Positions 28,108 through 37,407 of a DNA stretch of 64,000 nucleotides are shown here, in pieces. Positions within the stretch are counted from its first letter, which is position 1; each line of letters opens with the position of its first letter. The position numbers were made by a program, and so were the translations under genes. This DNA comes from an uncultured bacterium (GTDB taxonomy: Bacteria > Cyanobacteriota > Cyanobacteriia > Cyanobacteriales > Chamaesiphonaceae), in NCBI GenBank assembly GCA_964247125.1, contig CAXTSZ010000002.1, positions 2,825 to 66,824 on the forward strand, given 5' to 3'. The notes under the pieces were generated by a model. It ran no database searches. It was not told the origin of the DNA and was given only the letters and a program-made list of their open reading frames with translations.

Positions 28108-28893
28108 ATGAATTTACATCAAAAAACCGCCTTAGTGACCGGTGCTTCGCGGGGTATTGGCCGTGCGATCGCGATCGAGCTGGCTCAGAGTGGTGTGCGC
28201 TGCCTAATTATAGTGGCTCGCAATCACGATAACTTGGTGCAACTTGCTACAGAAATCAAACAAATAGATCTCGCTATTGAAGTTGTTATCCTACCGCTGG
28301 ATTTAACCCAACCCATCACGGTGAATACCGAAATCGCTAAAGCTTGGCGCGATCATGGACCTATTCATCTCTTGGTGAATTGTGCCGGCGTAGCTCACCA
28401 AGGTCTTTTTCTGCAAACGCGTTTTCCGGATGTATATCAAGAAATTTCCTTGAATTTGTTGGGGCTTTATGCCGTCACTCGGTGTGTTGCCAGACGCATG
28501 GTTTCCCAGCAAGAAGGGACGATCGTTAATGTTTCTAGTTTGATGGGGAAAGTGGCAGCTCCCACGATGGCCACCTATTCGGCAACTAAGTTTGCCATTC
28601 TGGGTTTTAGTCAAGCACTGCGCAGTGAACTAGCCGCCGATAACATCAAAGTCGTCACCTTTTTGCCGACCCTCACCGATACCGACATGGTGAAAGACCT
28701 ACAGCGTTTTCGGTGGGTGCGAGCGATGACTCCCCGGCGGGTGGCGAAGGTTCTAATTCAGGGATTGCAGCGCGATCGAGCAGAGATTTTGGTGGGTTGG
28801 CAAAGTCATTTAGCTGTCTACTGTCAGAATCTGGCTCCTCGGCTAATGGAGCGTATTCTTTCTTTATCTACGCCAGTTAGTCTGAGGGCTTAG
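28108..28893 (+). CDS. Short-chain dehydrogenase/reductase (SDR)
   Basis: TGASRGIGRAIA cofactor motif, NCAG, and the catalytic S...YSATK. Confidence 0.9.
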   Translation: MNLHQKTALVTGASRGIGRAIAIELAQSGVRCLIIVARNHDNLVQLATEIKQIDLAIEVVILPLDLTQPITVNTEIAKAWRDHGPIHLLVNCAGVAHQGLFLQTRFPDVYQEISLNLLGLYAVTRCVARRMVSQQEGTIVNVSSLMGKVAAPTMATYSATKFAILGFSQALRSELAADNIKVVTFLPTLTDTDMVKDLQRFRWVRAMTPRRVAKVLIQGLQRDRAEILVGWQSHLAVYCQNLAPRLMERILSLSTPVSLRA

Positions 28894-29227
28894 TCTACTG
28901 GATAATATCGGCTAATCAAGGGGTGGCATTGCCTAGTGACGGGGCGAGTTATCACTACTAATGCGGGGTGATTGTTTGCTCAGACACCGCTCCAATAATC
29001 GGAGCTGGTAGGCGTGTTGAAAGCGCGCTGGATTCAGCATGATCCGAAAAGTAGGATGAAATAACGGCTGATTCAGGAAAGGCCACAAAGGAAACTTGAC
29101 TTTAACTTTAACTGATTGATCGGAGCCCATAAGACAGCCAGGAGTGAGGGTGGTATTGATCTAGATCACAATACACACAATTTGCCACACATCTGTGTTG
29201 CTGACATCCGCCATTTCTTGCATTGAT

Positions 29228-30970
29228 TTAGAATCCCAAATCTGCAAGGGCGAGAGGAGCCGCGATGGCCACGTCGGCATCGCTCTTCTCCGTCCAGTCG
29301 TGACAGCCAATATCTTCATAAAACTTTTGATCATAAGACCGTGTTTTCACCACCACTGGCATGGGCACGGCATGACCCAGAATCAGGGCTTGTTGCTTGG
29401 AGTCCATTTTGGCTAACACCGCCCGTAAACCCTGCGCACCGGACACGCCGGTAAAAATGGCATCAATGTCTTTTTCGTCATTGATCAAAGCTGTGATGCG
29501 CGTGCCAATCTGCGACATTACTTCTTTATCAATGCCAGAGGGACGTTGATCAATCACCAACAAGGTTACAAAATATTTGCGCATTTCGCGGGCGATCGTA
29601 CCAAAGATGGTGCTTTTCACAATGGCCGGGTCGAGGAAGCGGTGGGCTTCTTCGATCGTAATCATCAACTGCTGTGGTTTGTCGGTGGGACTTTTGGTTT
29701 GCAAATATTTTTCAGCTTTTTCGACATAACGTTCATGAATGCGGCGGGTGATCATATTCGTCACTAGCATATAAGACAACATATCGTTTTGGTTGCCAAA
29801 TTCAATTACTACATTTTTGCCAGCATCAATGCTTTGCAACATTTGATCAATATAATTTTGACGACTAGCTGGCCGCAAATATTTGAGCCGCTCCATCCGC
29901 AATAGTTTGCGCTGGAGAGCCATGATTGAACCCATGTGCCCTCTTTTTTCATCACAGAAGTTCTTGATATCCTCATTGGTCATCGCAATGAGTTCTTCGA
30001 TCCAGCCTCCACGAAACTCGCCGTATAAAATATTGGCACTATCCAAACTAGCCTCTGAAATATCCAATTCCCGCCCGACTAAACGGATGTCTTCTACTTC
30101 AATTTGGCTGTAGCTCAGGTAAAGCTCCTGAGCATCACGAATGCCCCGGCGGCGGCTCGATTCAGGATCGAGGGTATAGACAATTACATCGTTGGGGAAA
30201 AGCTGGCGTAAACCTTTGACTGTGCGAATGTTTTTTCCTTCGGCGACTGCTTCCCAGCCGTACTCGGAGTGCATATCAAAGATCAAGTTAACAGCGGCTT
30301 TTTTCCGAATTACGCCAGCGAGGAGCAGCCGGGTGAGGAAGGATTTACCAGTACCGGACTTCCCGAATACGCCATTACTCCGTTCGACAAAGCGATGAAG
30401 GTCTAAGCAGACTGGTACATCCATGTCGAGGGGTTGTCCGATCGCAAAGTTGCAGCGAGTGGGGTCGTCTTCCCAGCCAAAGACCGATCGAAAGTCCTGT
30501 TCGCTGGCATCAAAAACTTCGCTAAAGTGGCTGGGGATTGTTTTGACTGGTAGCAATTCGAGTTCAACACCAGTTTGAGCTTGATAGGATGCTAAGACCG
30601 CGCGCGCTGCGGTATTATCAGGTATTTCTGCCTCCTTTTTTTTACCATTGCCATTAAACCCGTTGGAATCACCTGCTGATGGTCGTCCCAGCATTAACAT
30701 GGGAGCGAGATTGACTGTTCCAAAGGTCGTGCTGCCCGATAAGACATCCATCAAAAAGTCGTCATGGGGATCGGGGGGATGGACGAGAATGCGATCGCTC
30801 GTGGTGCCCAAAGTCACGTCGGTCAGCAAACAGAAAAAATCGTATTTGTGGCCATGTACCACTAGGAATTTGCCTACCCGCATATCTTCTACAGATATGC
30901 CAGGATAAAGCTTTACATCCAAGCCCCCGGTGAGCGAGCCTTGAATAACAGTGCCGAGTGGTTTGTACAT
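29228..30970 (-). CDS. HerA/FtsK-like P-loop ATPase (DUF87-type) with N-terminal HAS-barrel-like domain
   Basis: 580 aa. N-terminal GTVIQGSLTGGLDVKL...VGKFLVVHG barrel-like segment, Walker A GKSGTGKS, Walker B LMITIEEAHRF, and a later LLVIDQRPS block. Confidence 0.75.
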   Translation of the reverse strand: MYKPLGTVIQGSLTGGLDVKLYPGISVEDMRVGKFLVVHGHKYDFFCLLTDVTLGTTSDRILVHPPDPHDDFLMDVLSGSTTFGTVNLAPMLMLGRPSAGDSNGFNGNGKKKEAEIPDNTAARAVLASYQAQTGVELELLPVKTIPSHFSEVFDASEQDFRSVFGWEDDPTRCNFAIGQPLDMDVPVCLDLHRFVERSNGVFGKSGTGKSFLTRLLLAGVIRKKAAVNLIFDMHSEYGWEAVAEGKNIRTVKGLRQLFPNDVIVYTLDPESSRRRGIRDAQELYLSYSQIEVEDIRLVGRELDISEASLDSANILYGEFRGGWIEELIAMTNEDIKNFCDEKRGHMGSIMALQRKLLRMERLKYLRPASRQNYIDQMLQSIDAGKNVVIEFGNQNDMLSYMLVTNMITRRIHERYVEKAEKYLQTKSPTDKPQQLMITIEEAHRFLDPAIVKSTIFGTIAREMRKYFVTLLVIDQRPSGIDKEVMSQIGTRITALINDEKDIDAIFTGVSGAQGLRAVLAKMDSKQQALILGHAVPMPVVVKTRSYDQKFYEDIGCHDWTEKSDADVAIAAPLALADLGF

Positions 30971-31380
30971 AAACAGAGATTTTGTTAGCAGCTTTCCCCA
31001 TCATCTCTGGCTAGAAGTTAGTAGCGTTATTCACCAGATGTGGGGTTGGGGAGATCTTAGCACTCTACTGATAGGAATCACTTCATCCGGCCAATGTTGT
31101 GGGATCTACGCGTAAAGGTTGGAGATTACTTTCCACAGGTGCTGCCGGTAGCGTGAAATCAGCGGGCAATTTTCCCCAAGTAATGGGGGGTGACTGGTTG
31201 AACTGACAAATTTGGATGGCTGTCATCCGCCGTCCTCCCTCTACAAATTGGGTACTGCGGTCACAAAGTACTGGTACCGTTCTTCAACGGTAGCTTAACT
31301 ATTTTGGCACCAAACACTATTAAAATTAAATTTAGTGATTTTTATTGTAATGGATAATCAGCTATGATAAATCATCCTTA

Positions 31381-32139
31381 ATGACATCGTCACAACACTA
31401 TACTTATGGAGTGGTAATATTGGAGTCAAAAGATATAGCGATCGTTTTAACCGGAACAATCACACCCAACACCACTCTAGCTAATAAACATTTAGATCCT
31501 CAAGCCAGGAGAAAAGAGTATTTGAATGCTATTGATTTTTATCGGCAATTTGGAACTGTTTACTTTTTAGAGAACTCGATTTATCTACTGGGTGATGATC
31601 CTGAATTTCAGGATATTCCAAATGTGCTGATCAGAAAATTTCCCGTATCTAATTTCCCTGAAAAAGGTAAAGGCTTTCAGGAATTTGAAATGATTGATGC
31701 TTGGATCAACAGCGAAGTAGATCTGCCATTAAGATGGATAAAAGTTACTGGACGTTACATTTATCAAGATTTTGCAAAAATTAGACAGGAGTGTGATAAG
31801 AATATATCTATTGATATGATGATTAATCAATATCTATTTTCTCAATGGGCAGATGTAGCTATTTTTTGTATTAAAACTGATTATTATCAGCAGTATATAT
31901 TGGGTATCTATAACCAGTGTGATGATAGATCTAGGATTTTGATTGAAAGGGTTATGTATAATCAATTGACCAAATCATCAAAAAATAATATTCGGCGATT
32001 TCACACTTACCTGAAATGCTTGGGAATTGCGGGGAGTACCGGTAAGGAAATTAACAACAGCTGGACGAATCTGATCAATTCTAATATTATTCGCTGGAAC
32101 TATCTAATAGATCAGCGATACATTTGGCTTAGTTTTTAA
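31381..32139 (+). CDS. Hypothetical protein, first gene of the AT-rich island
   Basis: 252-aa ORF with coding-like composition and no motif I can assign. It starts where G+C drops. Confidence 0.5.
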   Translation: MTSSQHYTYGVVILESKDIAIVLTGTITPNTTLANKHLDPQARRKEYLNAIDFYRQFGTVYFLENSIYLLGDDPEFQDIPNVLIRKFPVSNFPEKGKGFQEFEMIDAWINSEVDLPLRWIKVTGRYIYQDFAKIRQECDKNISIDMMINQYLFSQWADVAIFCIKTDYYQQYILGIYNQCDDRSRILIERVMYNQLTKSSKNNIRRFHTYLKCLGIAGSTGKEINNSWTNLINSNIIRWNYLIDQRYIWLSF

Positions 32140-32170
32140 AATTTTCAATGGTAATAAAAAGGCATTTAAA

Positions 32171-32818
32171 ATGTTAGAAAATGATTATGATAAAAAGAAG
32201 TCATCATACTACGATGTCTATCGTCAAGATATTTTATCGCTACTTCCTCGCCATGTAGAGAAGGTCTTGGAAGTTGGTTGCGGCAATGGTAATACGTTGG
32301 CATACTTGAAAGCTAATAACTATTGTGATTGGATTTGTGGCATTGAGCTATTTCCAGAATCTGCGGCAATAGCTCAAGGGAAAGTAGATTTACTTTTTCA
32401 AGGAAATATTGAAGATTTTGACATTCCACTGGAGCCAAACAGTATTGATCTGATCTTATGCTTAGACGTTCTAGAGCATTTAGTCAATCCGGCAGCTGTG
32501 GTGAAGAAACTCCATCAATATTTAACCAAAGACGGCATCATTATTGCTAGTATTCCGAATGTTCGACATTCTTCTGTTCTTTTGCCGCTGCTGTTTCAAA
32601 ATAAGTGGGAGTATCAAGATGCCGGGGTTTTGGACAGAACTCATCTCCGATTCTTTGTAGAGAAGACAGCGATCGATTTAATGACATGTTCTGGATTAAA
32701 ACTAATAAAAGTTGCCCATAACCCAGGATATGTTGGTTCCATAATATTTAATATTTTGACGCTGGGTCTTTTGCGCTCTCTTTTGGCACTTCAGTACTTA
32801 GTTAAGGTAGGCAGATAA
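32171..32818 (+). CDS. Class I SAM-dependent methyltransferase
   Basis: VLEVGCGNGNT (motif I) and ILCLDVLEHL (motif II/III region). Confidence 0.85.
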   Translation: MLENDYDKKKSSYYDVYRQDILSLLPRHVEKVLEVGCGNGNTLAYLKANNYCDWICGIELFPESAAIAQGKVDLLFQGNIEDFDIPLEPNSIDLILCLDVLEHLVNPAAVVKKLHQYLTKDGIIIASIPNVRHSSVLLPLLFQNKWEYQDAGVLDRTHLRFFVEKTAIDLMTCSGLKLIKVAHNPGYVGSIIFNILTLGLLRSLLALQYLVKVGR

Positions 32819-32841
32819 TAGAATTTGTTAAATATTCAAAG

Positions 32842-34125
32842 CTAGCCAATCCAATCCCACCAAGCTACCCGCACGGAGTAAAACAATAGTAGTATTCCAA
32901 ATGCGCCGATCGCCGTGTAACCAGAACGGGGGTGACGAGACAGTAATAAGCCTAGTGCCAGAGATAAGGGTGCGATCGCATAAATATGGCGGTGAATTGA
33001 CATTTTGGTGCCCGATAAAAATAGAAAGCCTAAAGCACACCATCCATATATCAGCAACACCCGGTTTAGTTGCCGTCGGGAATGCCACATTAACCATGTG
33101 GCAGTCAAGGGCATGAGTATTTGTAGTAAAGCTGTAAAATAAGCCATGACTGGCAGCCCTAATAATCCCATCACGGCATATCCCCAGCCAGAATAGTAGC
33201 GGATCAAAATGCCGATTGTGGCGATCAGTGCAATGGCTAGAGCATAGAGATATATGGGTGGATTTAGCGTGAATAACGGGGTTATGATATCTCGGCACAA
33301 ATCAATCCAACTGGGTTGATGCCAATCAGACTGAGCAAGGAAAAAGGCCAATGGCTCATCGAAGCGCATCCAGCAGAATAAGCTAAATGCCATAATGCCT
33401 CCGGCCATCATTAGCGCACTAAGATAAGCTCTCCAAGGACGATGTTCTAACCAGGCCACCAATAACAATGCCGGAATTAGAGCCAAACCGGGTGGTCTGG
33501 TAGCCGTCGCCAGTATTCCCCACAGTGTGGCCCAACTATATTGCCGATTTTCAAAAGTATATAGAGCGGAAATCGTGAAAAGTAAAAAGAATGATTCAGT
33601 GTAGGTGAGGCTACAAAATAAAGATAGTGGAAACCAGGCCATCACCGCTGTTGACCATCTAGCCACCGATCGATTATAAAGCTGATCGATCCATTGATAA
33701 AATACTAGTAGTGCCGCCAGAAAAGTGATGTTACTTAAGATTGTGCCAGCAATATCAAAGGGAATACCTGCTGCTACAAAAAGCCTGACAACTAATGGAT
33801 ATATTGGGAAAAAAGCAATATTATTTTGTTTATGGTTGGCTATATAGGTATATCCTTTATTCACAATATTCCGATAATGCTCTCCATCCCAATGGGTGAA
33901 AAGTTCCCAACTCAGATGAGGAGTGAAATTCTTGATCTGAAGAGTATCTAATTCTGGTTCGTCAAAACCAACTGGCTCAAAATGGTTTAAAGGTGCAATT
34001 AATTGCATTCCAATCGTTAAAATTAGGCGACTGAAGAACCACATAGAAAAAACAAATAAAACCTCATTTGTTCTCCATTTGAGACTTGTAACTGTAAAGT
34101 TGAATTTAGGATTTTTAACAGTCAT
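32842..34125 (-). CDS. Integral-membrane GT-C-type glycosyltransferase, PIG-V/mannosyltransferase-like
   Basis: 427 aa with many TM helices. HWDGEHYRNIVNKGYTY......NIAFFPIYPLVVRL resembles the WDxxxYxxIAxxGY...AFFPLYP signature of PIG-V-like mannosyltransferases. Confidence 0.65.
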   Translation of the reverse strand: MTVKNPKFNFTVTSLKWRTNEVLFVFSMWFFSRLILTIGMQLIAPLNHFEPVGFDEPELDTLQIKNFTPHLSWELFTHWDGEHYRNIVNKGYTYIANHKQNNIAFFPIYPLVVRLFVAAGIPFDIAGTILSNITFLAALLVFYQWIDQLYNRSVARWSTAVMAWFPLSLFCSLTYTESFFLLFTISALYTFENRQYSWATLWGILATATRPPGLALIPALLLVAWLEHRPWRAYLSALMMAGGIMAFSLFCWMRFDEPLAFFLAQSDWHQPSWIDLCRDIITPLFTLNPPIYLYALAIALIATIGILIRYYSGWGYAVMGLLGLPVMAYFTALLQILMPLTATWLMWHSRRQLNRVLLIYGWCALGFLFLSGTKMSIHRHIYAIAPLSLALGLLLSRHPRSGYTAIGAFGILLLFYSVRVAWWDWIG

Positions 34126-34171
34126 GATATCAATAATATTTTATTTGTCTATGAGTATTCATAATAGAGTG

Positions 34172-35305
34172 CTACAGTTTGGAGATTATTGCTTTTCCCA
34201 AGCGAATACCCGGTATCTCAATATATTTATTACTAAATACAGCAACAAAAAAAGTTGCGACTGTAGCTAATAAAAATGAACAGGCAAATGATAGATTTGC
34301 ATCCATACTATCTGCCAACTTATGTATAGCTTTGGGAACTAAACACCAAACAAAAATGAAATGGAATATATACATTGAATAAGAGACCTGACCAATCCTT
34401 TGTAGAAGAATGTTTGAATATTGAAGTTCCTTTACAATGTTTATTAAAAGCACAAATGATATACCTGAGCCAATAGGCATTAAAATTAGCATCCAGTCTT
34501 GCTTAATCTGAAACAACATTATAAGAATTATTGTTATAGTGGTGAAAATTGCAATTTGGATTCTAGTCGAAAATCGAAATCGTGTATTATTTTGATGATA
34601 AAAAAATATCATCATCCCCAACAGAAATGCTGGCAGACGGTTGATGAGATTCCAATCAATAAATGGATGACTAATTATGGTGATCGAAAACCAGTTCCGA
34701 ATTATTAACTGAATTATGATATTCAGAAGTACTGAAAATATAATCAACCAATGTAAGTATATAATTCCCCAGCCTTTATACACCCAGGAAAATAGAGTGA
34801 ATAGCATCGGGAATAAAGCATAAAAAGCCATTTCAGTACCAATTGACCATCCGCCAGGTACAATATTATTATTCGCGGACATCACAAATCCATGAATAAA
34901 TAAAAGATTTGCAATAATGCTTTGAAGATTATATTGAGAATATTGGAGCTGGATATTTGATAAAATATGTGTATATGGCTCTAGTAAGAAATACACAATA
35001 ATTGCCACATAGTATAGTGGTGCAATTCTGAAATATCTGCGTGCAAAAAATGATATTAGTGGCTTTCTTTCTTTTTCTCTTCTGACATGTGATAGACACA
35101 TAGTGTAAGCAGATGCTACAAAGAAAAGTTGTACTCCCATCTGTCCATATTGACTAATAGAAATTACCATTCCTGACAATCCATGGATTGTTTGGCTTGT
35201 ATGAATAAACATTACCATTAGAATCGCAATGGCTCGGATAATGTCTATATAGTCTAGCTTTTCCGTAGAACCAATTACCTTGGTATTATTCATATTATTT
35301 AACAC
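34172..35305 (-). CDS. Acyltransferase family 3 (membrane O-acyltransferase)
   Basis: 377 aa, ~10 TM helices. YIDIIRAIAILMVMFIHT is the Acyl_transf_3 opening, with the conserved His in the first helix. Confidence 0.8.
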   Translation of the reverse strand: MLNNMNNTKVIGSTEKLDYIDIIRAIAILMVMFIHTSQTIHGLSGMVISISQYGQMGVQLFFVASAYTMCLSHVRREKERKPLISFFARRYFRIAPLYYVAIIVYFLLEPYTHILSNIQLQYSQYNLQSIIANLLFIHGFVMSANNNIVPGGWSIGTEMAFYALFPMLFTLFSWVYKGWGIIYLHWLIIFSVLLNIIIQLIIRNWFSITIISHPFIDWNLINRLPAFLLGMMIFFYHQNNTRFRFSTRIQIAIFTTITIILIMLFQIKQDWMLILMPIGSGISFVLLINIVKELQYSNILLQRIGQVSYSMYIFHFIFVWCLVPKAIHKLADSMDANLSFACSFLLATVATFFVAVFSNKYIEIPGIRLGKAIISKL

Positions 35306-35364
35306 TCCTTACGCATTTCTTTGTCGAAAATAATGCCAGCTAATAACATATGAAATACACTATT

Positions 35365-37059
35365 TTAATGGAAAGGTAGACAGTAATAGTGTTTATAATC
35401 GTATCCATTTATATGAGTGCTACTACTTTGAAATGAACAGTTATCCATCTCAATGTTGCCATCATAGTTAATTAGCCATAGAGAAGTACTAACTGTTGCC
35501 GCTTTTAGAGCATTCTGAAGTGTAGTACCACTGGCGGTGTGGTCAGATGATCGATCGAGAAAAAATCTGGGGGCTATTTTCTTATCGCTAGCACCCATAA
35601 ATTGCCATCCTAGTGCTATTAAGTTGCTAGTGTCATTAAGTGTTTTGTGGGTGACAACAATCAGAGTATCATTATTAGAGCTAGTCTTAATGACTTCAGC
35701 CATTATATCGGCACGGGATGCTTTAAGAAAACTCAAATTATTTATGACACAAATGGAACTTGTGAAAATAATAGAAATGAAAATGTATAGTACTACACTC
35801 TTTTTTATGAGGATGGTTTTTATTTTTACATAAGGGTATTCATCCTCAAAACTCTCGCAAATAAAATAGCTTAGCAGTATAATTAGAGCTGGAAAGAAAA
35901 CAAAATGGTATCTGTGTGCTATCAAAAAATTCTTTTTGAAAAAGCAACATATGGAAATCAAAGTAATGATGCTTGACGACAAATATATAGTCAAGAACTT
36001 AATAGGTAAAAAATGAAATTCATCTCTTTTGAAGTTCAAATTATTGCCACTTTGATTTATTAATAAAAACAAAAGAAATATCACAGACAACATAATTGTA
36101 TCAAACATGGCAATGGTAATGACACCATATGATTCTACCGGCAAAAGAAAAAACATGGTAATGCTAGAAACAATTGGCTGCAACAAAAGACTAGCAAGTG
36201 AATCTATTTTGTTGATGTCCGGTAGCCATGCCGTAAGGTCATTCCTTGTATCATTCAGAAAATATACTGGCAACCACGCTAATCCAGTAAGCAGATTTAC
36301 AAGAGTAACAATAAATACCCTAGTAAAAATTAATTTAAATTTGTGTTGAAGTGCTAGTAGCACTAAGGTAAATACTTCAGATATTAATACTACAATAAAA
36401 AAGTAATGACATGCTATCCCTAGAAAGTTCAATCCTACTAGTAACAAAATTGTGGCGATCGGCAAAGAATTAGAATAGATAACTTGTTCGGTAATATAGT
36501 AAAATATTGCCAATGACAATATGACAAGTACAATAGCAAGTGAGTAATGTCTGACATCTTGGGCAAGAGCTATCGAGTATGGCGATAATGTAATTAATAA
36601 GGAAGAGAAAAGCCATACTAATCTATTCTTCTTGAAAAGGCTTTTGGCAAGCCAATACATACTGGGAATCGAAATAATGCTCAAATAGACAGATAAAGAT
36701 CTGGCCGTAAATACTGAAACTAATTTATCAGACGTCTTGAATAAGAAGATCCAAGTATGAAGTAACATAAAATGAAGAGGTGGAACGAAATCCTCAAAAA
36801 AGCCATACTTAAGAACATCTATTAATCCATGGTGATCGTTTATTTCTAACGGCCTTAGTAGAGTTGTTAAGTCGATAATTTTATTGAGGGGGACATCTTT
36901 AAAGCTATTCCCTAGGCCATAAACGATACTAGCAATTTCATCTGTCCATATCACTTTGAGGGTCAGATTATCAAATCTGATTGCAGCACCGACGACAATC
37001 ATCAGAAAAATTGTAACGGAGTTCAAAAGCTGCTGATTAGCAACGAATTTCGTTCTCAT
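35365..37059 (-). CDS. GT-C fold glycosyltransferase (ArnT / family 39-like)
   Basis: 564 aa, polytopic. WTDEIASIVYG in the first periplasmic loop (the D-E motif of GT39/ArnT enzymes), and a C-terminal soluble domain. Confidence 0.65.
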   Translation of the reverse strand: MRTKFVANQQLLNSVTIFLMIVVGAAIRFDNLTLKVIWTDEIASIVYGLGNSFKDVPLNKIIDLTTLLRPLEINDHHGLIDVLKYGFFEDFVPPLHFMLLHTWIFLFKTSDKLVSVFTARSLSVYLSIISIPSMYWLAKSLFKKNRLVWLFSSLLITLSPYSIALAQDVRHYSLAIVLVILSLAIFYYITEQVIYSNSLPIATILLLVGLNFLGIACHYFFIVVLISEVFTLVLLALQHKFKLIFTRVFIVTLVNLLTGLAWLPVYFLNDTRNDLTAWLPDINKIDSLASLLLQPIVSSITMFFLLPVESYGVITIAMFDTIMLSVIFLLFLLINQSGNNLNFKRDEFHFLPIKFLTIYLSSSIITLISICCFFKKNFLIAHRYHFVFFPALIILLSYFICESFEDEYPYVKIKTILIKKSVVLYIFISIIFTSSICVINNLSFLKASRADIMAEVIKTSSNNDTLIVVTHKTLNDTSNLIALGWQFMGASDKKIAPRFFLDRSSDHTASGTTLQNALKAATVSTSLWLINYDGNIEMDNCSFQSSSTHINGYDYKHYYCLPFH

Positions 37060-37407
37060 GATTGTGTTTTGATATTAGATGAATTGCGAGAATACATGAT
37101 AATTATACCGAAAAAGCTTAGAAAGCGTTGAAAAAGTTAAGATGGCGGTCTTGAAAATCCTTAAGGTATAATACACCTGTAACTCCACGGAAATGAAGAG
37201 AGTGGCGATCTGAGAGTGAATCAATCTCAATCTAGATAATCAACTCTTGAAATACAAACTATCCTACCCACCAATGTGATATAACTCCTGAACGGGCTAA
37301 TGATTCGGAAATCTCATTTCCCAAAGTCCTTGTTGACAGTGTGCAAAATTCTTACGAGGAGAATTAATGCTTTGGAATCTCAATTACATAATTAGGTCTT
37401 AAATTCG

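Noticed and set aside
28933-29130. 65-aa ORF downstream of the HerA-like gene, considered as a possible small partner
   Set aside because: The composition is not coding-like, it is not coupled to herA (98-nt gap after the stop), and it has no motif.
32828-33298. 156-aa same-strand alternate-frame ORF within the PIG-V-like membrane protein gene
   Set aside because: The 427-aa frame gives a coherent polytopic membrane protein with family motifs. The alternate frame does not.
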